NCBI RefSeq assembly: GCF_030028105.1
Contig: NC_092379.1
Coordinates: 46,300,150 to 46,364,149 of the forward strand
Reading direction: 5' to 3'
DNA: 64,000 bases
From: Mobula birostris
Lineage: Eukaryota
In this document: piece by piece, positions 11,901 to 24,996 of the stretch
Layout of the letters: the number at the start of each line of letters is the position of its first letter
Numbering within the stretch: position 1 is the first letter of the stretch
Made by a program: the position numbers and the translations under genes
The notes under the pieces: generated by a model
Database searches by the model: none
What the model saw: only the letters and a program-made list of their open reading frames with translations
Told to the model about the DNA's origin: nothing

Positions 11901-14900
11901 GTGGTATGATTCTATGCCTCTCTGACCTGAAGAAGCTGCGCCTCCAGCCAGGCTCGTCTGGTATACGCGCCTCTTAATGGCAATTTGAAACAAATGTCTA
12001 AAGAAAGTCCTGTGTCTGAAAAGCAGAACAACTGCAATTCAACGAATTATAAACCGCACAGCTCACTCTTAATCATTATTAAAATAACAGGTGTAATCAA
12101 TAAGAGTTGTGAAATGACACCTGATTATCAGTGTCCAGCTTGAGAGTTGCCAGGTTTTATGGTTTCCAGACACCATCAAAACTGTGTTCTAAACCTTAGC
12201 CAAATGATTTATAAATAAAAAAATCATAATTTCTCTGGATGAATTTTGTGGCGGGGTGGTTATAAGTACCAGATTTTTCAGCGTCCACATATTTGCGGGT
12301 GCTGTTTTCCTTTCGAATAAAAATTAATAACTCTTGAACCAAGTGCAAGCAAAGCATAGATATCGTTCATGCACATCACTATTGACTCTATTTTTACATG
12401 TTGTGATTTATTGCATTCATAGAAATTTGGAATGAGTCAACATACTGTATGGCCAATCTGTCCTATTGGAAATCTATAGTGCTGTTTCTACCAGCACCCT
12501 CTCCCGTCATCTGTACTGGCGAACATTTAATTTCAAACTGTATATTAATTGAAAATAGTTGTTGAATTTCTTGTCACTTGCCAGAATATAAGAACTCGTG
12601 GAGTAAATACAATACTCCCATTGGTTTATTGTCAAATATTTAACATTGCCCGCTGGTCTTCAGCTCTTCAGAATTTCAAATATGATTCTTCATTTTTTTC
12701 AATCAAATGACCAAATACCATCGAATACATCCATGAAATATTTGTTTAATCTCCATTATCCCTAGAGAAAAGTTTAGGCATCTCCTGGTTCCACCCCTGG
12801 CTATGAAAGATGCTGGTGATCAAGCAACAAAATGCAAAGTCAAGTGCAGATCACCCAGTATCTCAGGAATGACTGAGCAGTCTTGAAGAGAACCACATTT
12901 CCACGACGTATGCTTATGTTCTCATTTAGCACTCCGTATCACCGAAGGAATTAATATCCTTTCATATCTGTTCTAGTTTGATTTCTAAGCTGAGGCCTAA
13001 TCACCACACATTAAGACTTTGATCAAAATTCAGGATTCGAGGTTCAATATTGCTTCCTGTACACAAATGTATAGGAGAACGAAATAATTGTTATTCGGAA
13101 TCCAATGCAGTAAAAAACGCAACAAGGTGAAATTGTAATAATAATAATAATAATGAGCGTAAACAACAGGAATTCTGCAGATGCTGGAAATAATAATGAG
13201 CGTGCTTGGTTATGCCCGTAACTCAGGCTTTACCGACTTGAGCTGAGAAAATATAATAGTGATAACATATTAAATATAAGTATGGAAGATAGATCGTATA
13301 CATGATTTGATCTTATCCATAAAGTGACGCCAAGCACAGGATTGAATGAGTGTAAGATGACTGACAGGAAATTTTAAAGTAGTTGTTGTTGGGGGTGTGG
13401 AGGGGTGGCTTGTGGGTGCAGGTGTTGATCGACCTTACTACTTCTGGAAACTAACTGTTTTTGGGTCTGGTGATCCTCGTCTAAATGCTACATATTGTCC
13501 TCCCTCATGGGAGAGGGACAGACACTCCCTGAAAAGGGTGGGAAGGATCTTTTATGATTTTACTGGCCCTTTTACGACACCTCCCTGCATATATCCCTTT
13601 GACGGCGTGTCGGGTGGAAACTGCACTCTGACGAAGAGGACGACTCTATAATGAGTATTCACGACTGACCAACGCATCACGGGCAAACCTGCATAATTTA
13701 AATTCGATGCATAAATTAAGAAAGTCTATTTATCTCTACTTTACAGGAATAAATCCTGACAGATTAATGCATTCTTGCGTTCCACACCTCTAAAATCTGT
13801 CCACTAGGTTACTGAATTGTGTCATTACATCTGCAGAACTACAGCCTAATCTCACAAAATGGTGTTGAAATCATTTGTTTATTTTGCCATTCTTAATCAC
13901 AAGGAAGTTAATGACGATTTTACCCTTGTTATCACTGTCTTGCACCTCTTGCTGTTTCCTGCTCATATTTCGGTTTCATTGCGGATATGGAAATCTGTGC
14001 ATGTTGTGGGTTTGCCACTGATTTACATATTAATGTTTTGCACGTGCAGAGACTTAGTATCTAGAATTTAGTCATACCTAGTTCCCCGGTTAGTAAACAT
14101 ACTGAAGGGATTTAGTACAATAATTAATTTACTTACACAAAGCTCAGTCTGTAAGTAGAAAGCAAGCATTGTTGGTATGTAATGCACATAGGTCCCTATG
14201 ATTTGAAATAAAGTTTGCAAAAATGTTCAGCTTAGATAATATGCTGATATATTGAAGGAAGATAGTGTGCAGCTGGCCGAGTGGTAACTGAGCACCGGAG
14301 CCACGCAGCCACCTGTCCTGTCATATTAATATCTGGAGTCTAATACTAAAAGCACACTAGCTCTCTGGAGGTTATGATGAATGCCTTATTTCAAAGTCTA
14401 TCTGTTAATCATCTCTGACTGTGATTGCCGAGTCTTATCCATGAAAAGGATTCATTCACTCTTAAAAGATTAGTCAATTTGTCATCAAAGTCTATCGCAC
14501 CCATTTGCCAGGAAGACATTTTAGATCTGGTTTGTTTAGTAAAGGTACATTCTAACTTCCCTCCAAGTTTACCTGACATGAAAGTCAGATAAATTATCAC
14601 GAGAACCGGTTCTGACTGAAGGGCTTTCGGAAGGGTTGGAACAGCCAAAATTTAGGCTGTGTTCCTATGCTGTCAATTGTACCAAAGATCTATAAGTTCA
14701 CTAACTTTAAACAAACACATATTGGAATATAGAATAACTGTCAGAATCATGTTATTCTCTGTCAAGGGCAAGATAACACATCTTGTTCTGAACAGATTGT
14801 TGAGGTTTTCTGAAATGGATGCCATAAAAACTTCCTGCGAAAATGCCAGTTCCTTGTTTTAGTTCCTTTACAATTTGGAAGCTTTATGCTATATATGGCC

Positions 14901-15429
14901 TCGGGGTAGACCCTAGGATTTATTTTTGCAACGACAATAATCAGAATCAAAATGGCTGCACACCTGTCAATATTTAGCTGCTTGAAAGTATACAGAGAGG
15001 ACCGAAATTGAGGCTCTGAAAACATTTAGCGTATTTATTTTGTAACTTGATATCAATTCTACTTATTTGTTTTGTACGTTTTGTATTTCAGAATTAAACT
15101 ATGATTAGTTCTATAAAAATGGGTTATGTTCCTTTACAGAAAATAATAAAAAGCGCAGATGAGCGGACACATTGGAAACACGAAGTATCATATCTCAGAT
15201 AATACTTAACAGTAAAAAAATGACACCTCTGGAAGCTTTGCGTCCCTGCTTATGGAGCTTTCAAGAAAGGTGAAAAGGGCAGTTAAGAAGAAAATGCAAC
15301 ACAAGTTACTGAAGGAACTCAGCAGTTCAGGTGGCATCCACGGCGGGAAGTGAACAGTAGACAATTCCTCCACCATTGATGCTGCTCTCACCCACAAGTA
15401 CTTCAGTTCCAAGATGTCCGCGCTCACCC

Positions 15430-16560
15430 TATCTTACCGCCACCTTGACAGTAATTCCTCTTTTCCTATCTGTCACCCCTGAGTTTTCGTATTCAGCACA
15501 TCATTCTCTGCAACTTTAGCCATCTTCAATGGGACGCTACCACTAAACACAACTGGACTTTCCCCGACCCTATCCCACTTTCCACAGGGATCACTCCCTC
15601 TGTGATTTCCTTGTGCATTCATTCTTCCCCACTAATCTCCACTCTGGCACTTCCACTGCAAATGGCAGAAATGAACACCTGCCCATTGACCTCCTCCATC
15701 CTCTCCATTCAGAGCCAGTTGAGGCAACACTTCACTTGCAAATCGGTGTTTAATGTGTCCGATACTCCGGGCGTGGTCTCTTCTACATTGCTGAGATCTG
15801 ATGTACGATATATTGAGGGGCCGCTTTGTGACCCTCTTCAGCTGCATCGCTAAAAGAGGAGTTTCTGGGTGACCAATCATTTCAATTCTGATCCCCATTT
15901 CTGTTCCAACATCTTGGTCGATGGTCTGCTCTTCAATCATGCTGAGGCCATTCTCGTGTTGTAAGAGCAACACGTTCTCCCTCTAGGTAGCCTTTAACTG
16001 AATGGCATAACCTTCGATGTTTGGAATTTCTGGTAATCCTTTCCTTCGCTCTTCCTTCTTTTTCAATTCCCGACTCTGGCCTCTTCCGTCTTTTTCTCAA
16101 CAACTTATTACCTTCCATGGTGACCACCCTCCTTACATTGCTCCCGTAATTCATTCTTCTCTCCCATAAAACATTCTTCTTCTCCAGCTCTTTCCCTTTT
16201 GCACGTATCACCTCCCATCTTCTCAGTTCAATCCCCCATCCCCACCCAGCTGCCTTCACCTTTTATTGTCCTCCTCCCCTCCCTCCAGCTTCATCTTCAG
16301 TAACTGCCCTCTTCCTTTCCAGTCCTGGTGAATGATCTCAGCCTCAGATGTCAACTGTTCATTAATTTCCCTAAATGCTGCCTGACTTGCTGAGCTCCTC
16401 CAGTAATTTGTGTGTGTTGCAGTCGAAATTTCAGACAGAGACCCTTTATCAAGACTGAAAAGGAGGAGGGCAGAAGCCGCATGAAACAGTGTGGGGAGGG
16501 TAGAAGCACAAACAGGCGTGTGGCTGGTGAACCCAGGTGGGAGACGGAAAGGAACTAACA
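15430..16560 (+). mobile_element. Degenerate Penelope-like element (GIY-YIG remnant and terminal repeat copies)
   Basis: 15700-15970 resembles the PLE GIY-YIG region (GRGLFYIAE...RF). The terminal motif ATGCTGCCTGACTTGCTGAGCTCCTCCAG at about 16375-16403 is followed by an inverted partial copy. Confidence 0.65.
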
Positions 16561-17249
16561 GCGGGGAGGATGCGAGAGTGACAATGATGTGTTAAGATGG
16601 GAGACGATAGGTGTAAGAGTCACAGGACTGAAGGGGAAAGTATATGGTAGCAAAGAACAATTCCTATCCACTTTTGCACATACTTTTCGGCTATCGAGAC
16701 AGCTTCAAAGTTCCACATTCTGTATTTAATTGCCCTTCTTCTGATCAATCTGCCAATTTGCAGAAGTAGCAACATGGCTTTGTACGCGAAAAGTTGTGGC
16801 TCACTAATTTGACTGAGTTTTTTTGAGGACGTGTCCAATATTATTGAGATAAAATGTTTTCTCCACGGAATTTAGCAATGTTTTGAAAAGGTCTGGACTG
16901 TCAGACTGCTCCGGAAGTTTGGTTGCATCGTATGGGATCCAGTATGATCTGGACAAATGGATGTACAATTGATTTAGTGGGTTGAAGGCATGAAAAGATA
17001 GTGGAAGGTTATTCAGATTGGAGGTCTTTGACTCGTGTGCCATGGGAATTGGTTATGGCTTCCCTGATGTTTCTGATATATTTTAAAAACACAGGACATT
17101 TTTCCCATTAAGCATGTTGCTACCTCAGAATCTTATTGTTGGTTCTGATAGACAAATTGAGGATGAATACAAACATAATTGCGTCACGCAGAAATTGGAG
17201 AAAGAAGAAGTTAACTTTTATTGTATATAATGCATTTAATTGCAATGTG

Positions 17250-18644
17250 GTGCTGACGCTCTTTCAGTGATGATCTTCGTTTGTACTCAGTGTCTGAGGC
17301 TTCTTGCTTAAGTGCCCAACAGTAATCGGCCAGCATTGACTGATCCCAGTAGCCCTGATACTGTTTCTCTGGCTCCTCAAAGTCCCAGAAAAAAAACTTT
17401 CACCACGGTTGCCACTAACAGCGCAAAAATTTGCAGGGAAGAATAAATGGGCAAGTAGAAAAAGGAATCTTTAGTGACATGTTGCAATTCATGGTTTCGT
17501 ATGCCTTAAGCATGTCAATCAGCACTGGTGCACTGCAGTTACCAAGAACATTTTCAATAACACACTTGAATGCCTTCCATGCGATTCTCTCTCGTCCAAC
17601 TAGAAGTTTTTTTTTCAAATTGCCTGTCATTGATGGCCTTTTTGATTTGTGGTCTCACAAAACAATTTCATTAATCTTTGCATCAGTTATTCTGCGAATC
17701 ATCTGTCTCAAATATCGAAATCCTTCAGGAAATATTCGTATCTGGTGACAGCAGATTCCATCCTTGCAGTTGTCAGCCCGGTAATTCTGCTTTGCATTTG
17801 ACAAACCCAAGTGTCTGACCAGGTCATTTAACTCAGATTGAGTTATCAGATGAGGCTCACTCAACAGAAAAGTTTCAAAATCTGTGTCAGTATCTGTGTC
17901 TTTTTGCATACCTGGCGGGTGCATCGTGGCAGCTTCGTTAGCTTTCTCTAGACTTCGTATCTCTGCTGGCTTCGGTACTGGAAGACATTTGTCATGCGGC
18001 ACATGGCTGAAGGGAGAATGAGGTATTCAATGGATTTCTTATTTTTAGCAGAGACACACTGGTTAGGCAGAAGTAGTAGTCTGTCACATGAACTTTCTGC
18101 TCTCGCCATATCATCGGGACAGCGAACGCCATTGACTTTTGAGCGCCTCTGAGCCAAGCTCTAAAAAGTACAGCGAGTGTTGCGCAACAAATGTGAGGAG
18201 CCAAGGCTCTGTCTTGATCACGAATTCTGCACCCAAAGTATACCTTATATGTCTTAGTAACAAGCGGAGTCCTGTTCCGTCTTGGATATTTAAGCGTATA
18301 CTTGCCACAAATACAACAGAAAATATCACGGCTGTTGCAACATTGGCTAGACATCTTGCTATCACAAATACTCCTGAAAGTACAATTACTTTATCATAAT
18401 GAGTACATACAATATGCTACGCGCACAGAGCATGCGTGTCAACGTGATCGCAAACCGATATACAAGTAAATGCAATGCGTAGAATAGTGTGTGCGTGATG
18501 CTTTTATCGCTTTTCCAAAAACAAGTCCTGCCGAGCTTATGGTGCGCGATGGGGATATTTCCTGGTGGTTTGCAGCATCAGCAGCGCAACATCCATGAGA
18601 TACTCTTAAAGGTATTCACGAAGCAATATCTTTGTTGTCCAGCG
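17250..18644 (-). mobile_element. Decayed Chapaev3-like (CMC superfamily) DNA transposon
   Basis: Minus-strand fragments: FCCICGKYTL...APHICC...FAVPMIWREQK.HVTDYYFCLT, EPHLITQSELNDLVRHLGLS, AWKAFKCVIENVLGN...CNMSLKI, YQGYWDQSMLADYCWAL. One terminus-like end ...TTTGTTGTCCAGCG is followed by TAA. The family name is from recall of these motifs. Confidence 0.7.
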
Positions 18645-21600
18645 TAACTTGGATGAGAATATCGGAGCCATGATTTGTAAACTTGTGGTTAACAGGGAAA
18701 TTAGCATATAATGGAAAATGAAGACATTTACCCAGGTTCGTTCTCCAGATTTCCTGGGAAACTGATCATATCTCAAAAATGAATAGGTTGAATATATCTC
18801 AGACACGTGCGAAGTAATGCATTTTGAGTGCATAGTTGCCTGAAGGTTGTGACAGGTGGCCAGATTGTGGAAGAAAGTGCAGGACATGAAAGCTTTCCTC
18901 GGTCAGAAGACTAAGCACTGGTTCTGGATGCCGTGTTACAACTGCACAAGAGGTTTCATTATTTTTGTCATTTTTGTGTTATCCAATTGTATCCTTAATA
19001 ACTCCTTTGATTTTTTTTCTTAACATTTTTTTTTTTTTGCAAGATTCAGCATTTGGCAATAACCAGAATCTGGTTATCAGTTTTCAAACTTTCTACAACG
19101 TTTGATCTATAAATCGGAGCTCTTCATTTTATCTTACTCAGTACATATATGCCCTGACTTCTCACTACTCCTTCGTTGAATTCTTCCAAACTTCAGGACC
19201 ACATCTTCAGATCACTCCGATAAATTACAACTGTGTCTTGTAAAACTATCATGTCTGTCTAAGACAGCGACAGACAACATATTTTCTGCACACTAGCATG
19301 TAACTTAAGGCTCCGTTCGATGGGTTTACAAATCCACTCTGTTTGAAATTGGAATCAGAATGTAAGTCAGTTTTATTATCAGTGACATATCGTATGTCGT
19401 TGAATGTGTTTCTTCACAACAAAGGTACAGTGCAAGATATAACATTAACATAAGTTGCAATAAATGAGCACATAGAATTGGAATCGCAAGGTCGTAGTTA
19501 TACGTTCAAGGACCGTTCAGAAATATAATAGCTGAGGGTGGGTGTTCAGACTCTTATACTTTCTCCTCGGTGGCAATAATAAGAGAGGACATCTCGGCTG
19601 ATGAGAGTGCTTAATGACGGATGCCTCCTTTTTGAGATGCAGCCTTTTGCAATGTTCATGATGGTGGTATGGGTACGTCGGTGAAGCAGATGACTAAGTC
19701 CTCCTTCAAATCTTTGCAACCTCTTTTGATACTACACTTTGGAACCTCTGCACAAGGCGGAGAAACAACCAGTCTGAATACTCTCCACCGTACGTCTGAA
19801 GAATTTTGCTAGTGCATTTGGTGATATCGCAAATCTTATCAAACTCCTAATTCATGATTCCATCAATGTGTTGGCCAAAGTTTTCCGTAAGGTATGCGTG
19901 TGTGCGCGCACATGCAGCTTTTGCTATGAGTGTACAAAGGAATTTAAACTGCACACAAAAGGTTGTTACCCTTTCTCTTGTTGGCATTTTAAGTATATTC
20001 CACAGACGTTTCCTTTTCTGGTTTCTGAATCAATGGTGTCAATAAGGTGGAGTACGTGATGATTTGACTACAGATTTTAGAACTGGATTATTTATATTGT
20101 TTTCACTGAAGAAATTATTCAGTGCGCACTTGTGGTCACTGGGCAAACAATTGCACAGCACAAGATTTTTGAGAATAGTGGTCATTACGAATGAGAGGAA
20201 ACATTGGTATTCGGCCCAAGATAGTTCCTCTGAGATGACGACACCCAGGAACTTGAATCTGCTTATCTGCTTCACCACTGACCCATCAATTACCGTAGGA
20301 CCAGGGACTCATTTCAAAGACTTGAGAGTACAGCAGAAAGGTTGATTAGCTTAGGGCAACATTTATAGTCGTTTTGCCAGATAGAAATCAGAAAGGCTGA
20401 ACAAATGCGAAGACCTCCTTCCACATATGTGATACATTGAATTGCAATCCATTATTGAACTTCAGGTCCAACCACTAAAATCACAGCGACAATCTAATGT
20501 TGTTTGGAAAGTCAAAAGCCATCATAGCGGCCACCAATTTTCAGACTCTTGGATAAATCTATCCAACACGGAAACTTGTCATCTCGTGCTCCAACAATTG
20601 GCTCAGTACTACTAATCTGCCGATTGTAATAGAACTGAATTCCCTCCTTCTTTGCAATTTTTGGCCTGACACGTTCTGGAATGTAACCTCTGACGAAATT
20701 GGACACAACGTATCTTTTAAAATATCATCTGCTGTCTTGGTGTTTCCCATTATTAATTAAAAATCATTTAGAGAAACAGAGTTTTAATGTTTTGATCAGG
20801 GTGTGCTTGAAGCGCACACGCAATATTGAGCATTTGTATATATTAATTGTACGGGTGATCGGTTATAAAATCATATCTGAAGAGTTTCTGAGGCTAGCAA
20901 GTTTCTGAGGCCACTGTACAAAACACGTGTATTGGAAAGTCATAGGTTAAGGACTCAATGGAATCAGATGTTCACTTTCGTCCAACATCACCAATGAATA
21001 TGCTTGTGGCTTTGATTTTTCCACGCAGTGCAGGTGGCTGCTCTGCTCACTGAAACAGCTGTACGAAACTACTGAAGCCTCCAGCCATATATTCTATCTG
21101 TCAATAATTGTACTCAGTGTCTCATCTCATAGTTTTACTTCTTGAAATTAAGCGAACGCCTCCTTCTAAAAGCAGCACGGGGCAAACGTGACCCCAGATG
21201 CTGCGGTTTTCAATCAACAACAGATGGGCAATAACGGATGTCAACTTAAGATAAGGGCGCAACGGTCACTTACCGGTCGTCCAGCACGTGACATTCTTTT
21301 GTTGGGCTATTCTTTCGCAACAGAATGGAGCAACGAAGAGAGGAATTGTTTTTCAAAACTCCATTAGCTGATTTTAAGCAGCAAGCTCCTTACATTCCGA
21401 CAATGGTAACATGGTACCGGGAATCAAGAATCATCCTAAGCTGTCAGTATGAATGCACATGCATAAAGTCACGACAATACCATCAAATGTTCTCTTGTTA
21501 GACTGACAAAATTATGAATATCGATTTCAATTTGCTTTCATTTTTTTCTGCACCGTGGTTGTTGTTCTGACATGGGTAGCACATTAATTTCAAGAGATAA

Positions 21601-22179
21601 TAAAGTATTTTGTTGGAATACTCGGCCACCTCAAATGGTGTCACTGAACAGGCATGGCTCTATCATAGAAACATGGTCCCTGAACTTCGTTCTCTTGTCT
21701 ATGCAATTTATTCATTCGATTACTATTAACAGAAAATAACATTTCATAATGAAATAAAGACTGAGGATGCGAGTGACGAGTCCAAGCCACATCAGTCTCT
21801 ATGTAAATACATGGCCCGAACCTCTCTTTTCAAATTTTCCTCTCACCATCAATGCATGCCCTCTAGTATTACACATTTCAATCCTGTTGAAAATATTTCG
21901 GCTTCCTGAAATTTATATGCTTCCCATAATTTTCTAACGTGCTCTCAGGTCTCGCCTTCGTAGGCCACTCAAGCATAAACAACCCTAGTTTCCCCAAGCT
22001 CTCCTTATACTACATAACCTCTAATCCAGACAGAATCCTTATAAACCACTTCTGCACATATCAAACTGCAACTTTACTTCCCGAGGCTTGAAAACATATC
22101 TCTGGCTAATAAAGGCAAACGTAAGATTTGCTTTCTTTACCACACTATCAAATTGTGCTGCCACTCTGAGAGAGCTGGG

Positions 22180-24885
22180 ACATGGACCCCCAAGATCGCT
22201 CTGTACCTGAAAGGCGCAGAGACACATGACATGATCACTTGGGGTCTCCCAATGTCTCGGAAGAGGCGCCCCACTCACTCGTTTGTCGATCTGATCAAAG
22301 AATTAAAAGAGGAAGATAATGCGACGGAGGCGCGTCAGGTCTCCGTCAGCAGAGTACAGTCCGCGGTAGTAGCCTCGGTGCTAGAGATCCCTGATAGCCC
22401 TCCCTTGGGGGTGATAAGTGAACTCGTTCCTGAGATTGAAACTGAGATATCCATGTTGTTATCTGCAGGTGCGACCACTCCGCATGACAAAGCCGACTGG
22501 GAGTCGAACCCCCTGAGGGGACGGACCAAGCAGTGGGCTGCTAGTGAATGGGGTCCCGCGGAAGGGGAGAGACCGGTATTCTCTGCGATAACTGTGGGGA
22601 AGAGAAACATTTCAGGTGGGAGTGTGAAGGCCGCGAAATCTTCGGAGAGTGAGCCCCCAGCTACTTAAGCGGAGAAAGACGAAAGGAAACTTAGAACCCA
22701 GTGAGGGAACGGCCTGGCTTCTCGGGGGGAATGCGTTCCAATCAATGTATCAACGAACACCCTGAAGCAAAAAAACCTATTCCTGAAGGCTTAGCGGGGC
22801 CAAGCTCCAGTGTATCGCTACGGATCGAGGGTATTTATGCTGGAGCCATTTTTGTCACAGGCTGTCAGGTTACTCTGCTGTATCGTTTGTTTTACAACCG
22901 GTATTTGACGCATTTACCATTGACGCAGTTCAATGCACTAGAGATCTGGAGTCTTAGTACGGATGACTACCCGTATGATGGTCACTTGTCCTTGAATCTG
23001 GAGTTTTCGGAGACAGATGTGGGAGCAGGCGAGGTCCGTAATACATTTGTGTTAGTTTGTCCGGACCCGGTCGGACAGCGCAAAGCTTCAGTTCTTTTGG
23101 GGACGAATACCCCTATTGTGAAAAGGCTAATGGGAGCCTGCAAGGAGAAAGTTGGAGAGAGTTTTCAGAGAACATTGTCTATTTACCTCATGTTCCGAGC
23201 TGCTTCTGAGGAAGTGTGTGGCCGCACTGGGCTGGATGATGAGCATAAACGGGGGACTGTGTGGTAAACCCAGTCCAAACCAGTCGTGTTACGGCCTGAG
23301 GAAGTAGCTAAAGTGACGGGAAACCCCGAATTTCCCGGAATGCCTGATGTCAAGGACCACTTGGTGGATGCTCCGGAAGACCACGAAGAGAAGTCATCCT
23401 GACCTGCTGGGGTATTGGTGAGACTCGAGCTGCAGAAGCCCTCGGTTGCACAAGTCAACAGGATGACTGTGATTCTCAGGAACACCTCGGAGAGGGAGGG
23501 CACCCTTAGCCAGCGTATGCCAATGGCACCCCTCTGTCCGGTGACGGTAAAATCTAGTGTCTCTGTGAGACAAGTCGGGAAGAAACTCTCTCCAAAAAAG
23601 GGAAATTTGACTGCCGAGTCATTCAACTTTTGGGGATTCCCTGGTATCTGGAAGCTGGAAGGGAAGTTCGATAGAGAAGATGTTGAAGATGGAAGATGTC
23701 TTTCCCACTGATGCGTTTGATGTGGGTTTTCCAAGAGCACTAGCCACACCATTCGGGAGACAGAAAACACCCAGTTCATAGACAGGTCGCGGCGACTGGC
23801 ACTTGCAGACGTTTAGACGTTCGGCAGCATCTCCGGAAGCTGAAGGAAGCTGGGATCATCACTGAGTCCAGAAGCCCTTATGCGTCGCTAATAATGGTGA
23901 CCAAGAAGAAGAATGGGAGGGTACAGATGTGTGTGGACTATTGGGCTCTTAACGGGCGTACAGTCGCCGACCAGTATACTGTGCTGAGAATGGTGAATGC
24001 GTTGGCCTGTCTGAGTGGTGCGATGGACGTCAGGAGTGGATATTACCAGACACCTACGAGTGAGGCTGACAAAGAGAAGACGGCTACTGGGATTCTTCCA
24101 GTTTGAAAGGATAGCCCAGGGCATATCAAGAGCCCCCCGCGACTTTCCAGCATGTCATGGAGAAAGCCGAGGGGGATATGAACTTGCTTAAGGTGTTGCT
24201 CTACCTGGATGATCTCACAGTATTCCGGTCCACCTTGAACGAATATGAGGCTGGACTACTGAAAGGTGCAGGGCTGCCTGAAAGATGCAGGGTAAAACTT
24301 TCCCTGGACAAGTACGGGACGTCTATCAACTATATGGGGCACATAGTCTCAGGAATGGAGTAGTTAATGATCCGTCTAAGATAGAAGCAGTGATCACAAG
24401 GCCAAGGCCCCAGTCTGTGAGCGTCCTGACCTCGTTCCTTGGATTCTGTGAGAAATATCGGAGGTTCGTGAAGGACAATTCTAAAGCGAGTGACCACTTA
24501 AATCAGCTTCCGTGCTGTTACACTCTCTGGGGGAAGAAAGGGAGGAGGACTAAAAGAGAAATTGGCAAAGATTATTTTAGCCACTCAGAACTTTTTGGAG
24601 CGAGATGGGATCCGAAATGTGAAGAGGCCTTTCAGTTGCTAAAGGAACAGCTGAGGAAAAAGGCTGTGCTGGCTTTTGCAAACCCCCGATTGCCGCATGT
24701 ACTGCATACGGATGGCAGTAGACAGGGCTTCGGGGAGTTCTGCTTGCGGGACCAGGGCACAGGATTGACACCTGTCGCTTTCGTCAGCTAGGGTCAGTCA
24801 ACCTCTGAGCGAAACTACCCCACACACAATTTGGAGTTCCTGGCTTTGAAATGGGCTGTAGTGGATAAGCTAAGTGACTATATGT
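22180..24885 (+). mobile_element. Truncated gypsy retrotransposon (PNMA-like gag, protease, RT, RNase H), multiply frameshifted
   Basis: SFVDLIKELKEE gag motif, CX2CX4HX4C knuckle near 22585-22630, decayed protease IFVTGCQVTL, RT (MCVDY, DVRSGYYQ, LYLDDL), RNase H (LHTDGS; LKWAVVDKL). Confidence 0.85.
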
Positions 24886-24886
24886 A

Positions 24887-24996
24887 TACAACATGAATTC
24901 TGCAGGTGCTGGAAATTCAAGCAACACACTCAAAGTTGCTGGTGAACGCAACAGGCCAGGCAGCATCTCTAGGAAGAGGTACAGTCGACGTTTCAG
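24887..24996 (-). repeat. Penelope terminal-repeat fragment
   Basis: Reverse complement reads GGGTCTCGGCCTGAAACGTCGACTGTACC...GATGCTGCCTGGCCTG...CCAGCACCTGCAGAATTC. Confidence 0.75.

Noticed and set aside
14265-14320. tRNA A-box-like TGGCCGAGTGG with E-boxes CAGCTG and CACCTG
   Set aside because: No B box or cloverleaf; the motifs are too short to call.
14409-14648. Minus-strand ORF with C-x12-W spacing and SFSWIRL, vaguely Ig-V-like, near a CACAGTC
   Set aside because: No second Cys or YxC motif, no nonamer at 12 or 23 nt, no leader.
21446-21590. ATGCACAT plus an ATGAATAT...CTGACATGGGTAGCA stretch resembling a second IgNAR leader
   Set aside because: Needs a frameshift, has no GT donor in the right place, and no V exon or RSS follows.
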